In this document: in pieces, positions 10,740-20,733 of the stretch
How the letters are laid out: every line of letters begins with the position of its first letter
Position numbering within the stretch: position 1 is the first letter of the stretch
DNA from: Minisyncoccota bacterium
GTDB lineage: Bacteria > Patescibacteriota > Minisyncoccia > Phycocordibacterales > GCA-2747955
DNA: 34,249 bases
Assembly: GCA_937958705.1 (NCBI GenBank)
Contig: CALGNJ010000038.1
Span: 1 to 34,249, forward strand
Reading direction: 5' to 3'
Translations under genes and position numbers: made by a program
The notes under the pieces: generated by a model
What the model was told of the DNA's origin: nothing
The model's input: the letters and a program-made list of their open reading frames with translations, nothing else
Databases searched by the model: none

Positions 10740-10767
10740 AAAAAAGACAGCCTGAGACTGTCTTTTT
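10740..10767 (-). terminator. Intrinsic terminator after fusA
   Basis: aaaaagacag-cctgaga-ctgtcttttt. Confidence 0.7.
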
Positions 10768-10775
10768 ATAGATAT

Positions 10776-12920
10776 TTACCCTAGTCGTTTCTTAATGATT
10801 TCATCAGCAACGTTTTTCGGAACAATACCATAGTGTGAGAATTCCATGTTTGGAGTAGCTCGCCCTTGAGTCATTGAACGAATGGTTGTTGTGTATCCGA
10901 ACAATTCAGATAGTGGTACTTTTGCACGTACAACTTTGTCCATTCCTCGATCATCCATTCCTTCTACCGCTCCACGTTTTGAAGAAATGTTTCCTGTAAT
11001 ATCACCCATGAATTCTTCTGGAGTAACGATCTCGATTTTCATGATTGGCTCAAGGATAACCGGATTAGCTCGCTTTGCCGCGTCTTGCATCGCCTTTGAT
11101 GATGCGATCTTGAATGCAATTTCTGATGAATCGACATCATGGAATGAACCATCATATAGCTCAACGGAAATATTCACCGCTGGATATCCAGCAAGAATTC
11201 CACGATCCATACCATCCTTGAATCCTTTTCTACATGGCGTGATGTACTCCTGTGGAATAACACCTCCCTTAATCGAGTTAATAAACTCGTATCCTTCTTC
11301 CCGGTACACGTTCTTAGCCAGATCTTCTTCATCTGTATCCATATCCATTGGCTTAATTCGAATCTTAACGTGACCATACTGTCCTTTACCTCCAGACTGC
11401 TTAACATACTTCTCTTCTCCATTTGATTCACCTGTGATTGTCTCTCGGTATGCAACTTGAGGTTGCCCGATATTTGCCTCTACTCCAAACTCTCGTTTCA
11501 TTCGGTCAACAAGAATATCTAAGTGAAGCTCACCCATTCCTGAAATAATTGTTTCTCCTGTTTCTTCATCTGTAAATACCTTGAATGTTGGATCCTCATC
11601 AGAAAGTTTTTTAATAGCTGTACCCATCTTCTCTTGGTCAGCTTTAGAGTTAGGCTCAATTCGAACAGAAATAACTGGTTCTGGGAACTCGATTCGGTGA
11701 AGCTCTACTGGTGCATCAAGAGCACAGATTGTGTCTGATGTCTTAGTGTCCTTAAGACCAACCGCAGCAACAATTTCTCCTGCGTATCCAACCTCAACCT
11801 CTTCTCGGTCGTTTGAGTGCATTCGTAGTAGTCGTCCTACTCGCTCTTTGTTTCCTGTTGTTGAGTTAAGAACGTATGACCCAGCTTCTAATTTACCTGA
11901 GTAAATTCGAATATATGAGAGCTGTCCCACAAACGGATCAGTCTGTAATTTAAATACAAGTGCGGAAAGTGGTTCATCGTCTCCAGCTACTCGCTCGATA
12001 ACATCTTCAGTTCCCGGTGTTACACCTGTTACTGGTGGAATATCTGTAGGTGCTGGTAAGTACTCAACAACTGCATCAAGTACTAGTTGTACTCCAATAT
12101 TCTTAAATGCTGATCCTCCAAATACTGGAACAATCTCATTATTAATTACTGCACGACGTAGCTCTTTTTTAAGATCTTCAATTGAAATATCTTCACCTCC
12201 CAAGAACTTATCCATCATCTCTTCATTGTTCTCAACAATCTTCTCAATGAATTGTGATCGTTTTTCAGTCGCAAGCTCTACCATGTCTTCTGGAATTTCT
12301 CCTTCGATAATGTCCATACCCATTTCCCCTGTAAATGTATATGACTTCATTGAAAGTAGGTCAACAACTCCTGATAGTGTTGATTCAAAACCAATTGGAA
12401 GTTGTGCCATTACAGCATCTTTAGTTAGCCGGTCTAAAATAGATTGAAACGCAGTTTCAAAGTTAGCACCAATTTTGTCGAGTTTGTTGATGAAACACAT
12501 TCGTGGCACACCGTACTTGTTTGCTTGTTTCCATACAGTTTCTGATTGTGGCTCTACACCTGCGTTACCATCGAACACCACAACAGCACCATCAAGAACT
12601 TTAAGTGACCGCTCTACCTCAGCTGTAAAGTCTACGTGACCTGGTGTATCAATAATGTTAAATCGGTGTTCCCGCTCTTTGTTTCCTACTTCTTTAGTTG
12701 GTGTCCAAAAGCAAGTTGTTGCAGCTGAAGTAATAGTAATACCTCGCTCTTGTTCTTGCTCCATCCAGTCCATGGTTGCTGCACCATCGTGCACTTCTCC
12801 AATCTTGTGTGAACGACCTGTATAGTACAAAATACGCTCTGTGGTAGTTGTTTTACCAGCATCAACGTGCGCAACAATACCAAAGTTACGTACTTTACTT
12901 AAGGGATAATCTCTCGACAT
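10776..12920 (-). CDS. fusA: Elongation factor G
   Basis: [52 protein letters not shown]. Confidence 0.98.
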   Translation of the reverse strand: MSRDYPLSKVRNFGIVAHVDAGKTTTTERILYYTGRSHKIGEVHDGAATMDWMEQEQERGITITSAATTCFWTPTKEVGNKEREHRFNIIDTPGHVDFTAEVERSLKVLDGAVVVFDGNAGVEPQSETVWKQANKYGVPRMCFINKLDKIGANFETAFQSILDRLTKDAVMAQLPIGFESTLSGVVDLLSMKSYTFTGEMGMDIIEGEIPEDMVELATEKRSQFIEKIVENNEEMMDKFLGGEDISIEDLKKELRRAVINNEIVPVFGGSAFKNIGVQLVLDAVVEYLPAPTDIPPVTGVTPGTEDVIERVAGDDEPLSALVFKLQTDPFVGQLSYIRIYSGKLEAGSYVLNSTTGNKERVGRLLRMHSNDREEVEVGYAGEIVAAVGLKDTKTSDTICALDAPVELHRIEFPEPVISVRIEPNSKADQEKMGTAIKKLSDEDPTFKVFTDEETGETIISGMGELHLDILVDRMKREFGVEANIGQPQVAYRETITGESNGEEKYVKQSGGKGQYGHVKIRIKPMDMDTDEEDLAKNVYREEGYEFINSIKGGVIPQEYITPCRKGFKDGMDRGILAGYPAVNISVELYDGSFHDVDSSEIAFKIASSKAMQDAAKRANPVILEPIMKIEIVTPEEFMGDITGNISSKRGAVEGMDDRGMDKVVRAKVPLSELFGYTTTIRSMTQGRATPNMEFSHYGIVPKNVADEIIKKRLG

Positions 12921-13053
12921 ATATTTTTTATTAATTGCTAACTTTTAGTACCAATAGTGTTAGTTTCATTGGTATAAAATTGTGTGCATTATAGCGCATA
13001 TCAACTTTTTCGCAATCAAAAAACTACATATTCACATGTAGTTTTTACTATAG

Positions 13054-13413
13054 TTATTGTGTCTGTGTAGCTTCTGGTGCAGATTGTATGTATTTAGATG
13101 CTAGTTCATCAGGATTATATCCTTCTGCTGCAATACATTGTACATATTGTGTATTTAAGAACTCATTTACCTGCTCATCTGTTGGTTGTTCTTCTACTCC
13201 TTCAGGAGGATTAGCAATTGCTTGTTGGGTTGCTTGTTGTGCTAATAGAATACATGAATTATGTACCCGTGCCTCTGCTCTTTCAAATGACTTCTGAGCA
13301 AGCATGAGCTGTTGTGACGGCACAAATACAAATGCGTATAGTGCCACGAACACAGCAACTACTGATGCTACAACTTTTGCAATACTTTTTGGTGTTAGTT
13401 TTAAATGTTTCAT
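13054..13413 (-). CDS. Hypothetical membrane-anchored protein
   Basis: 119 aa with an N-terminal TM and two Cys. It has its own TTGACA-N16-GATAAT promoter (13482-13455) and a downstream hairpin (~13018-13046). Confidence 0.7.
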   Translation of the reverse strand: MKHLKLTPKSIAKVVASVVAVFVALYAFVFVPSQQLMLAQKSFERAEARVHNSCILLAQQATQQAIANPPEGVEEQPTDEQVNEFLNTQYVQCIAAEGYNPDELASKYIQSAPEATQTQ

Positions 13414-13502
13414 ACTACAATATTATTTATTATGGGTATCAGTGTACGCTGTGCATTATCAAAAATCAAGACTACTTGTCAATAAATTAGACATGTAAAA
13501 TA

Positions 13503-13701
13503 GCTTCAATCAGCCAAAGAAAGTACACATGTGTGTGACCTACCTGTTCTCTAGTTTGTGGCTCGTATCAAGAAGACACTCACCGATCTTGTTTGACTGC
13601 CGATTAGAGTAGCGACAACTGCTTCTTTCATGTGCTAGATAAAAGCTGCAGAAAGTGAACGCACCGGACTCCAACGGTACTATACTTTGTATGGAATAAG
13701 C
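13503..13701 (+). ncRNA. Candidate structured ncRNA with 6S-like architecture
   Basis: Nested stems readable by eye, with G-U pairs favouring the + strand. TAAAAT lies at 13496-13501 and a terminator at 13702-13728. Family assignment is unverified. Confidence 0.4.
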
Positions 13702-13728
13702 AAAAGAGCGCCGTAGCGCTCTTTTCTT
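13702..13728. terminator. Bidirectional terminator after rpsG
   Basis: aaaagagcgc-cgta-gcgctcttttctt. Confidence 0.75.
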
Positions 13729-14197
13729 ACCATGCAAAGTGTGCAAATGCTTTGTTGGCCTCTGCCATTTTGTGAGTGTTGATTTTCTTGGTTACTGCAG
13801 TTCCTTCACCTTTTGACGCAAGGATTAATTCTGCCGCAAGTCTCTCTTCCATCGCTGACCCCTTTCCTGAACGAGCTGAATCGATAAGCCATCGCATTGC
13901 TAGTGAAAGTTGACGCTCAACCTTAACCGGAACTGGAACCTGGTAGTTGGCACCTCCAACTCGACGTGACTTCACTTCTAGTTCTGGTCCTGCTTGACGC
14001 AGTGCTTCTTCAAATACAGCCAGTGGATTATCTGTACCTTCTTTTTCCTTAATGATATCCATTGCTCCGTATACAATTTTTTCAGCAGTAGTTTTTTTTC
14101 CATCAAGCATGATGTAGTTAATAAACTGAGAAACTTTCTTAGATTTGTATACTCGGTCTTCTGAGAGATGATTAATTTTTTTATGTGGTCTTCGCAT
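13727..14197 (-). CDS. rpsG: 30S ribosomal protein S7
   Basis: EVKSRRVGGANYQVP and HKMAEANKAFAHFAW. Confidence 0.98.
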   Translation of the reverse strand: MRRPHKKINHLSEDRVYKSKKVSQFINYIMLDGKKTTAEKIVYGAMDIIKEKEGTDNPLAVFEEALRQAGPELEVKSRRVGGANYQVPVPVKVERQLSLAMRWLIDSARSGKGSAMEERLAAELILASKGEGTAVTKKINTHKMAEANKAFAHFAW

Positions 14198-14220
14198 AGT
14201 ATTTTAATTACGTAAATAGA

Positions 14221-14631
14221 TTATTCCTTAGGTTTCTTAACTCCGTACTTAGATCGTCCACCCTTTCGACCATCTACCCCTTGAGCGTCAAGCTTACCTC
14301 GAACAACAGTATATCGAACGTTAATATCCTTAACTCGCCCTCCACGAACCATTACTACCGAGTGCTCTTGCAGGTTGTGTCCTTCTCCTGGAATGTACGC
14401 GGTAATTTCCTCACCATTAGTTAGACGAACACGTGCGATCTTTCGTACCGCTGAGTTAGGTTTACGTGGGTTCGCTGTTGTTACTTTTGTACACACACCT
14501 CGTTTAAATGGTGCTGGGAAAAATGAAGGTTTGTTTTTTAGTAAGTCAAAGCCCTTTCCCAGTGCAGGAGCTTTTGTCTTTTTCTTTTGGATTTTTCGTC
14601 CTTTTCGTACTAATTGGTTAACTGTTGCCAT
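14221..14631 (-). CDS. rpsL: 30S ribosomal protein S12
   Basis: Starts [12 protein letters not shown] (ATG at 14631) and contains [13 protein letters not shown] and [14 protein letters not shown]. Confidence 0.97.
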   Translation of the reverse strand: MATVNQLVRKGRKIQKKKTKAPALGKGFDLLKNKPSFFPAPFKRGVCTKVTTANPRKPNSAVRKIARVRLTNGEEITAYIPGEGHNLQEHSVVMVRGGRVKDINVRYTVVRGKLDAQGVDGRKGGRSKYGVKKPKE

Positions 14632-14712
14632 ATATTTATATATTGATGCGCAGTAGTATACCAACCGATTTATATTTTGCAAGGCATATTTGCATAAAAA
14701 AATAGTCGCACT

Positions 14713-15177
14713 CTACCGAAGGTAGGTGCGACTAGTATTAGGTTTTGCACTCTTCACTTTCTTTCTGCGTCTTTTGTCAAATTTCACCCAGTACCTACCA
14801 GGCCAGGTCTCTTCAATCAGGCTGTCTACGGGGTACGAGAAATCATGAACTACACCTTTCGGAATCACGAATGGTTCCGAATGAGGTGATAGCTGAATAA
14901 CTCGTACTGATTTGTCATCATTATAGAGATTGATTTTCAGTGAACCCTGAATGACCCAAACTCTTTTTATATGTCTTGGGTGATATTCTCCACCTCGCAT
15001 ATACCCTCGGCGAGTAAAGACTTTTTTAATCTTAACTCCATTGTCCGTACGTAGCTCAGCCCAGCCACGAGAATCCTCTTTGTAAAAGGAGTCTTGCCAA
15101 AGAGCGATACTACCAACAAGAGCAGTTAAGCGATCCGGCAAGAACAAACGAGCCAAATCAAACATGAATTTTCTCAT
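14713..15177 (-). CDS. Hypothetical protein, possible cupin fold
   Basis: RGGEYHP...WVIQGSLKI...FVIPKGVVHDF resembles the two cupin motifs. A consensus promoter and AAAGGAG lie upstream. Confidence 0.6.
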   Translation of the reverse strand: MRKFMFDLARLFLPDRLTALVGSIALWQDSFYKEDSRGWAELRTDNGVKIKKVFTRRGYMRGGEYHPRHIKRVWVIQGSLKINLYNDDKSVRVIQLSPHSEPFVIPKGVVHDFSYPVDSLIEETWPGRYWVKFDKRRRKKVKSAKPNTSRTYLR

Positions 15178-15212
15178 TTTCTTCTCCTTTTATGTTAAGA
15201 AATTCATTATTT

Positions 15213-15240
15213 ATTATATATAATAATATAATAATGTCAA
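15213..15240 (-). promoter_or_regulatory. Consensus sigma70 promoter
   Basis: TTGACA-N16-TATAAT on the minus strand, upstream of the 15177 start. Confidence 0.7.
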
Positions 15241-15243
15241 AAA

Positions 15244-16662
15244 TTATATGATCTCTTTGACAAGCTGAGCTAGTAGTTGTGGGTTTGCCTTTCCCTGAGT
15301 CATTTTCATTCCTTGTCCAATGAAGTACTGCATCAGCTTTGCGTCGCCTGCTTTAAATTTTTCAACCACATCTGGATTTTCTGAAATGATTTTTTCTACA
15401 ATGATCTTAAGTTCATCAGTATTTGATGATTGTAGTAGGTCATACTTCTCTGCGAGAGTAGCTGGCTCACCTCCTTCTGTATACACATACGAGATTAAGT
15501 CTTTTGCACCACGTGATGAAATCTTATTTTCACCAATCATTGAAACCAGCTGGACCATTGATTCTGATGAAATATTTGACAGGTTACCTTCTGGTGAATT
15601 CTTAATTAAACCTGCAATATCAGAGGTTATATAGTTTGTTGCCAATTTGATTTGCTTTTGGTCTTGTACTGTTTCGATAAATCCTGCAAACAATGTGTCT
15701 AATTCTATTTCTTGCAAGAAGAACTCTATAGCTTCTTCATTCAAACCAAGATCCGCGTATCGTATCCGTTTTTTCCACGGTAGCTCAGGTAATGTCTTAG
15801 AAATTTCTTCTTTAGAAAATCCCGGCAACAAAGAGAGCTTGAACTTTGGAATATCTGGATCAGGAAAGTATCTATAATCATCTGATGATTCTTTTACTCT
15901 TTGTGAAAATGTAGATTGTTTCTGCTCATCCCACCCGCGTGTCTCTTGTACTAAAACCTCTCCGTTCTCAAGTGCCTCAATTTGCCTATCTATTTCATAA
16001 TCAATAGCTGCCCCAACAATTTTAAATGAGTTGAGGTTTTTTACCTCCACCTTAGTACCAAATGTCTCTGTTTTTGAAACTGATATATTTGCCTCAACTC
16101 GCATCTCCCCTTTCTCTAGGTTGGCATGTGATACTCCAAGCTTCCGTAGTAGCAACTGTAGTTCCTTTCCAAACCTCATCGCTGTTTCAGCATCATGAAT
16201 AACAGGCTCAGTAACAAGCTCCATCAGTGGTACTCCCGCTCTATTAAAATCTACTAATGAGTGATTAGTCTGATGTGAAGAAGTCGCTGTATCTTCTTCG
16301 AGATGAATACGAGTAATATCAACCCCTGCCAGCTTCCCGTTGGAAACAAGTGGGTATTCCAACTGTGAAATTTGATATGCTTTTGGGATATCTGGGTAGA
16401 AATAGTTCTTACGATCAAACTCAGTAAAATCAGCAAGGTCAGCATCAATAGCTGTCCCGACTCTTAAAACATACTCTACTGCTTTTTTATTAACCATAGG
16501 TAACGTTCCTGGTTGTGCTGTACAGATTGGACAAATATGTGTATTCGCGCTAGCAACAAAAGGGTCATTCTTACACTGACAAAACATCTTAGTGTTTGTG
16601 TCGAGCTCTGCATGAACCTCTAGTCCAATTGTAGCTGTGTATCCGTGTGGTAGTTCTTTCAT
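15244..16662 (-). CDS. gatB: Asp-tRNA(Asn)/Glu-tRNA(Gln) amidotransferase subunit B
   Basis: IGLEVHAEL, FDRKNYFYPD, RIHLEED, DFNRAGVPLMELVTEP, DYRYFPDPD. Confidence 0.97.
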   Translation of the reverse strand: MKELPHGYTATIGLEVHAELDTNTKMFCQCKNDPFVASANTHICPICTAQPGTLPMVNKKAVEYVLRVGTAIDADLADFTEFDRKNYFYPDIPKAYQISQLEYPLVSNGKLAGVDITRIHLEEDTATSSHQTNHSLVDFNRAGVPLMELVTEPVIHDAETAMRFGKELQLLLRKLGVSHANLEKGEMRVEANISVSKTETFGTKVEVKNLNSFKIVGAAIDYEIDRQIEALENGEVLVQETRGWDEQKQSTFSQRVKESSDDYRYFPDPDIPKFKLSLLPGFSKEEISKTLPELPWKKRIRYADLGLNEEAIEFFLQEIELDTLFAGFIETVQDQKQIKLATNYITSDIAGLIKNSPEGNLSNISSESMVQLVSMIGENKISSRGAKDLISYVYTEGGEPATLAEKYDLLQSSNTDELKIIVEKIISENPDVVEKFKAGDAKLMQYFIGQGMKMTQGKANPQLLAQLVKEII

Positions 16663-16709
16663 GATTTTGCTATTTTATCACACTCAGACACTGCCTTATA
16701 TGCGCATAA

Positions 16710-17762
16710 CTACTTTCCAAAATATTTTTGTCGCAAACTCTCGTAGGTTCCATCTTCCTTTGCCTGTATTAGCAACGCATTGAGTTCTTCAAAATACGGC
16801 GAGTCTTCAGGGAATGCAAATCCAATATTGTCTCGAGCAAACACTGAACCTGCTGTTATAACTTTACCAACACCTTCGGTTGCTGCATAGTATTGTGAAA
16901 CAGCAGCTCCTCCTACCCCAGCCTCTAGTGATCCATTTTCTAAATCAACGAGCACCTCTGTAAAATCTGTGTATTTTTTGTACGGAATATTTTGCTTATC
17001 TAAAAATGATGAGATTGTTGTACCTTCTGGTGCTCCAACCTTCTTACCACGAAGATCTTCGTAGGATTCAATACCAGTCTGTAGTTCAGAGATAGTCAGG
17101 GCGGTTGTTATTTTTGCTGTGAGTGTAGATATGAAGAACAACGAAGCTAACACCCAGAACACAGCAATTACTCGCCCTATATAATTCTCTGGTCTTTCAT
17201 TTTCAAATCCACCCATCGTGACAACTATAAACGCCCACCAGAATGCGTCCCACAATCCACCAAAATACTCATCTCTAAAATAGTCATGTTTAGCATTTCC
17301 CCCTCGCTCAAAAAACCAGACCAAGTGAGCAACGATCATTAGTATTACAAATGCACCAAAGATAAATAGAAAAATACCGGATTCCCAGACAACGCTCCAT
17401 AAAGAAGTAGCACCAGAATCTTTAGGTATCAAAATCTGGAGTCCAGATTCATACAATGGTTGTGAGAAATCCAAAAATTCTTCACGCTCAGATGTAATTG
17501 AAATGTTTGCCGCTGCAAAATCTGTTTGTCCAGAGCGTATACTGTTAATCATTTTAGAAAATACTGTAAACGGCACGTGAGTGACTGTATACCCTGCTTC
17601 TGTGGCAAGTTTTTTTGCAAGTTCGACTGAAAAACCAGACCACTCACCAGACTCAGTCTGGAATGCAAATGGCGGCCTCTCTATCACACCAACTTGCAGC
17701 TCTTGTGCAAATACAGGCCCTAGAGGAACCAGTAATAAAATAAATAGGATATATTTTTTCAT
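16710..17762 (-). CDS. GluR0-like ligand-gated ion channel (split family-3 SBP domain plus a 2-TM pore)
   Basis: Signal peptide, S1 (PPF, ISITSEREEFLDFSQP), M1 (HLVWFFER), pore helix (WDAFWWA), M2 (GRVIAVFW...STLTAKIT) and S2 (DLRGKKVG, GTYESLRQKYF). Confidence 0.85.
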   Translation of the reverse strand: MKKYILFILLLVPLGPVFAQELQVGVIERPPFAFQTESGEWSGFSVELAKKLATEAGYTVTHVPFTVFSKMINSIRSGQTDFAAANISITSEREEFLDFSQPLYESGLQILIPKDSGATSLWSVVWESGIFLFIFGAFVILMIVAHLVWFFERGGNAKHDYFRDEYFGGLWDAFWWAFIVVTMGGFENERPENYIGRVIAVFWVLASLFFISTLTAKITTALTISELQTGIESYEDLRGKKVGAPEGTTISSFLDKQNIPYKKYTDFTEVLVDLENGSLEAGVGGAAVSQYYAATEGVGKVITAGSVFARDNIGFAFPEDSPYFEELNALLIQAKEDGTYESLRQKYFGK

Positions 17763-17763
17763 A

Positions 17764-18396
17764 TTAGGTGTCTTTATCTTTTTTCATTACTATATCATCA
17801 AACCAAGACTGATTTAATATCTCACCCGACCATTTGAGAACTCTTGGATATAAAGAGAGATCAAACTCCGCATTTCGTATTCTCATAATTTGTCTGACAA
17901 ATGGAATGATTGCAATATCAGCGAGTGTTATAGAGTCTCCGGTTAGATGTGAACTAACCATAAGTCTTTCCTCCAGCTCGCCAACCACTATTTGTAAAGA
18001 CGTAGCATGTTCTTCATGTTTTGCATCATCAAACACCCGATCTTCCCCATACTTGTATACATCTATGACTGGTTTAAATTTTTCGTCACACCATTTCCAC
18101 CAAGTAATCATCTCGTTATACTCTTGTGAACCTTCTTTTGGTGTATATAGTTGCTCTCCAAAATTTGAATCGAGCCATACATTAATATTATTTGACTCTG
18201 GCATAATGATATCTTTATTCTTATTCTGTATGTGCAAGACAGGTACACGAGGATGAGAAATGTGTGTCAGCATCCAGCTGGTCCACTCACGAAGTGGCTC
18301 ATGGACTCTTTCATATTCAACTCCTTTTAAGTACAGGACAATTCTAACTCTGATACAGAATGGGCAGCGCCTATAATCATGTAGTGTTATCTTCAT
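17764..18396 (-). CDS. Glutathione S-transferase family protein
   Basis: RCPFCIRVR, RVPVL, ES motif and TLADIAIIPFVRQ. Confidence 0.88.
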   Translation of the reverse strand: MKITLHDYRRCPFCIRVRIVLYLKGVEYERVHEPLREWTSWMLTHISHPRVPVLHIQNKNKDIIMPESNNINVWLDSNFGEQLYTPKEGSQEYNEMITWWKWCDEKFKPVIDVYKYGEDRVFDDAKHEEHATSLQIVVGELEERLMVSSHLTGDSITLADIAIIPFVRQIMRIRNAEFDLSLYPRVLKWSGEILNQSWFDDIVMKKDKDT

Positions 18397-18410
18397 GGGC
18401 TCATTCTATC

Positions 18411-18436
18411 AAAAAAGACCCTGATGGGTCTTTTTT
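18411..18436. terminator. Intrinsic terminator
   Basis: aaaaaagaccc-tgat-gggtctttttt. Confidence 0.7.
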
Positions 18437-18444
18437 GATTTTAT

Positions 18445-19047
18445 TTACTCAACAATTAATGTTCCAACCATACCATTTGCTCTGTGTGAACCTACAGAGC
18501 AGTAGTATTCATATGTACCTTTCTTATCTGCTGTAAAAGTAACTGTTGTTTCATTGCCTGTGGAAACCTTTTGCGTTGCTGCGTCAAATTCATCAACAAC
18601 CCAATCGTGAAATCCATCAACCGACCTAAATGTCACTGTAACCACATCACCTTCTTGTACCCTCATCTCAGTAATGTCGTATGCGAAGTTAGATCCAAGG
18701 ACTGTATATGATACCTCTCCAGGAGTTCTTACTGGTGCGACTGCATCTTGACCAATCAGTTCTCCTTCTGCTGCAATTTCTATCTGACCGCTGGTTTCTA
18801 CACCTGATTCATCAACTGATGTATCAGTGGCTCCGACAATTTCGGCAGAACCTTCTTCTTCCATTATTTGTTCAGGTGTTCTTGTGTCTTCCACCTCTTG
18901 ATCAGTACCTGCTGTTGGTGCCAATTCGGTTGAAGACTCATCCTGTGTATCAAGCATCACTAGCTCATCTTTTCCCTGTGCGAACAAATAAATTCCTCCT
19001 ATAATGAGTGCTAATAAAATAATTCCTCCTACAATTTTTGTTTTCAT
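18445..19047 (-). CDS. Membrane-anchored cupredoxin (type-1 copper) protein
   Basis: N-terminal TM, acidic linker, and H (GFHDW) plus C-x4-H-x4-M (YYCSVGSHRANGM) ligands. Confidence 0.88.
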   Translation of the reverse strand: MKTKIVGGIILLALIIGGIYLFAQGKDELVMLDTQDESSTELAPTAGTDQEVEDTRTPEQIMEEEGSAEIVGATDTSVDESGVETSGQIEIAAEGELIGQDAVAPVRTPGEVSYTVLGSNFAYDITEMRVQEGDVVTVTFRSVDGFHDWVVDEFDAATQKVSTGNETTVTFTADKKGTYEYYCSVGSHRANGMVGTLIVE

Positions 19048-19128
19048 AATATATTTTTTATTACTAGATTATACGTTACTTTTGCTAATCAAAAAATATC
19101 CCAAGGGATATCTTTTCTACCTAGCTGT

Positions 19129-19395
19129 TTAGGGTGCAATTTGTATACCATTCTCATCTGCTTTTGTACCGACAGTGTTTACCTCTATCACCTGATTTGT
19201 ATCTTCTGAGACCTCTTGCGTCCCTGTTGCTACATCTTCCTCGGAATCACTTTTGTCTTGTATGTCTATACTAGTTACAGATACCTGAGTATCATCGGTC
19301 ATTTCTTTTGTGAACTTATCTTTCTGAGAAACAACAAGAATAATTAAAAGTGCTGCTGCAAAAACAAGCGCTACCCATTTGAGTCCATCTTTCAT
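19129..19395 (-). CDS. Hypothetical membrane-anchored acidic protein
   Basis: 88 aa with an N-terminal TM, followed by a terminator-like hairpin at ~19091-19115. Confidence 0.65.
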   Translation of the reverse strand: MKDGLKWVALVFAAALLIILVVSQKDKFTKEMTDDTQVSVTSIDIQDKSDSEEDVATGTQEVSEDTNQVIEVNTVGTKADENGIQIAP

Positions 19396-19453
19396 ATTAA
19401 AAATAATTATACTAATAGTAATATGTTTATTGTATCACTTGCGTCGCACCCTG

Positions 19454-20728
19454 TTATCTACAGTCACCCAGGAATGGTAGCGATAGTACTTTTTTGCCCC
19501 ATGAATCGTATACTAGTGGATTCGCATTATGTACCTGTCTATCCCTGGTATTACCTGAGCTTGAAGCCCGCGTAATGGTTCCAATACCATACTTATCTTC
19601 AATTGATTTTATGGTCTTCAAAACTTGCTTCATGTCTTGCTGATTATGTGTCTCACTAGAAAAGAGTCCTATCTGTGCATCTTGTTCTTTTAGGCCTGAC
19701 ACAACTAAATATGTTGCTCTATATTTCTTATGTGAATTCACTATCTTCCAAAAAAGTTTCTCAGCAACTGAGTAAATGACATGAGGGTCTCTTGTTTCTA
19801 CTTGCAGAACAAACTCTTCTGATATGGTCATCTCCTCAAAAGTTTTAACTCCACATCTCACTCTTGTCGCCCCTCGATCTATCCGAGAAAGCTTTCTTGC
19901 AATAATTTCACTGTGCCGTGATAACTCTGAAAGTAAATACTCAGGATTAGATGTCGGTACCCTAAAAGCGTGAATTTTACTAATACTTTGTGGGATTCTC
20001 ACACCGGTCTCAAATTCTTTGACACCTATGCCACGCAACTCCTGATGCAGTTCCTGATACGGTTTTGAAAACATATCCATCACGTACTCATGCTTCTTAG
20101 ATATGAAATCATGAATCGTAAAGATGTTATGTATATTCATCTTGGGCACACTCCTATATCCAATCCCAGGAACATGCCCAATTGGTAATTTGTATAGAGT
20201 GGAATATAAAAAGTCTTTGGTAATAACTGTTAGTCCATGTGGTTTGTTGCAATTGGATCCGATCTTCGCGAGCGTTTTAGTTGGACCAAGACCAATGGAA
20301 AATGTTATCCCTAAAGCTGTGTGCAGATCTGACTGGATTTGTAATGCAATTTTTTCATAAGAACATCCGAGTCTTTTATCCAAGCCTGTAATATCAGCAT
20401 ATAATTCATCAATACTATTTTTTTCTACTTTGTCGCAGGTCCGTAATACAATCTGCTTAAAACGATTAGAAAAAAGGGAATATTTTTTATAGTCTGAAGA
20501 TACAAGCAATACTTCTGGATAGTCCCTCTTGAGTTCAGAAACCTTTAACCCCCGGGTGACTCCGAGTGCTTTTGCTTCGTATGAATATGCAGTTGCTATG
20601 CCTCTTTCATGTCCTACCGCGATTGGCTTTCCCCTCAAGTTACTGTTTGTTGCTTGTTCACATGATGCAAAGAAGGCATCCCCATCAATATGTAAGATAG
20701 CCTTGGGATATGAGTACTCTGATTTCAT
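19454..20728 (-). CDS. Y-family translesion DNA polymerase (DinB/UmuC-like)
   Basis: ILHIDGDAFFASCE, SYEAKALGV, SIDELYAD, TKTLAKIGS, KPHGL, and a beta-clamp-like motif QIGLF. Confidence 0.92.
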   Translation of the reverse strand: MKSEYSYPKAILHIDGDAFFASCEQATNSNLRGKPIAVGHERGIATAYSYEAKALGVTRGLKVSELKRDYPEVLLVSSDYKKYSLFSNRFKQIVLRTCDKVEKNSIDELYADITGLDKRLGCSYEKIALQIQSDLHTALGITFSIGLGPTKTLAKIGSNCNKPHGLTVITKDFLYSTLYKLPIGHVPGIGYRSVPKMNIHNIFTIHDFISKKHEYVMDMFSKPYQELHQELRGIGVKEFETGVRIPQSISKIHAFRVPTSNPEYLLSELSRHSEIIARKLSRIDRGATRVRCGVKTFEEMTISEEFVLQVETRDPHVIYSVAEKLFWKIVNSHKKYRATYLVVSGLKEQDAQIGLFSSETHNQQDMKQVLKTIKSIEDKYGIGTITRASSSGNTRDRQVHNANPLVYDSWGKKVLSLPFLGDCR

Positions 20729-20733
20729 TAGTT

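Noticed and set aside
13503..13701. tmRNA, RNase P RNA or SRP RNA identity for the candidate ncRNA
   Set aside because: It has no tRNA-like ends or tag ORF, no GAGGAAAGUCC core and no SRP helix-8 motif.
13540..13746. 68 aa minus-strand ORF after rpsG
   Set aside because: It overlaps the rpsG end, crosses a terminator and has no protein-like features. The region is better explained as structured RNA.
15244..16662. gatB without gatA/gatC as a sign of a novel function
   Set aside because: Dispersed gat genes are common, and the partners may simply lie outside the window.
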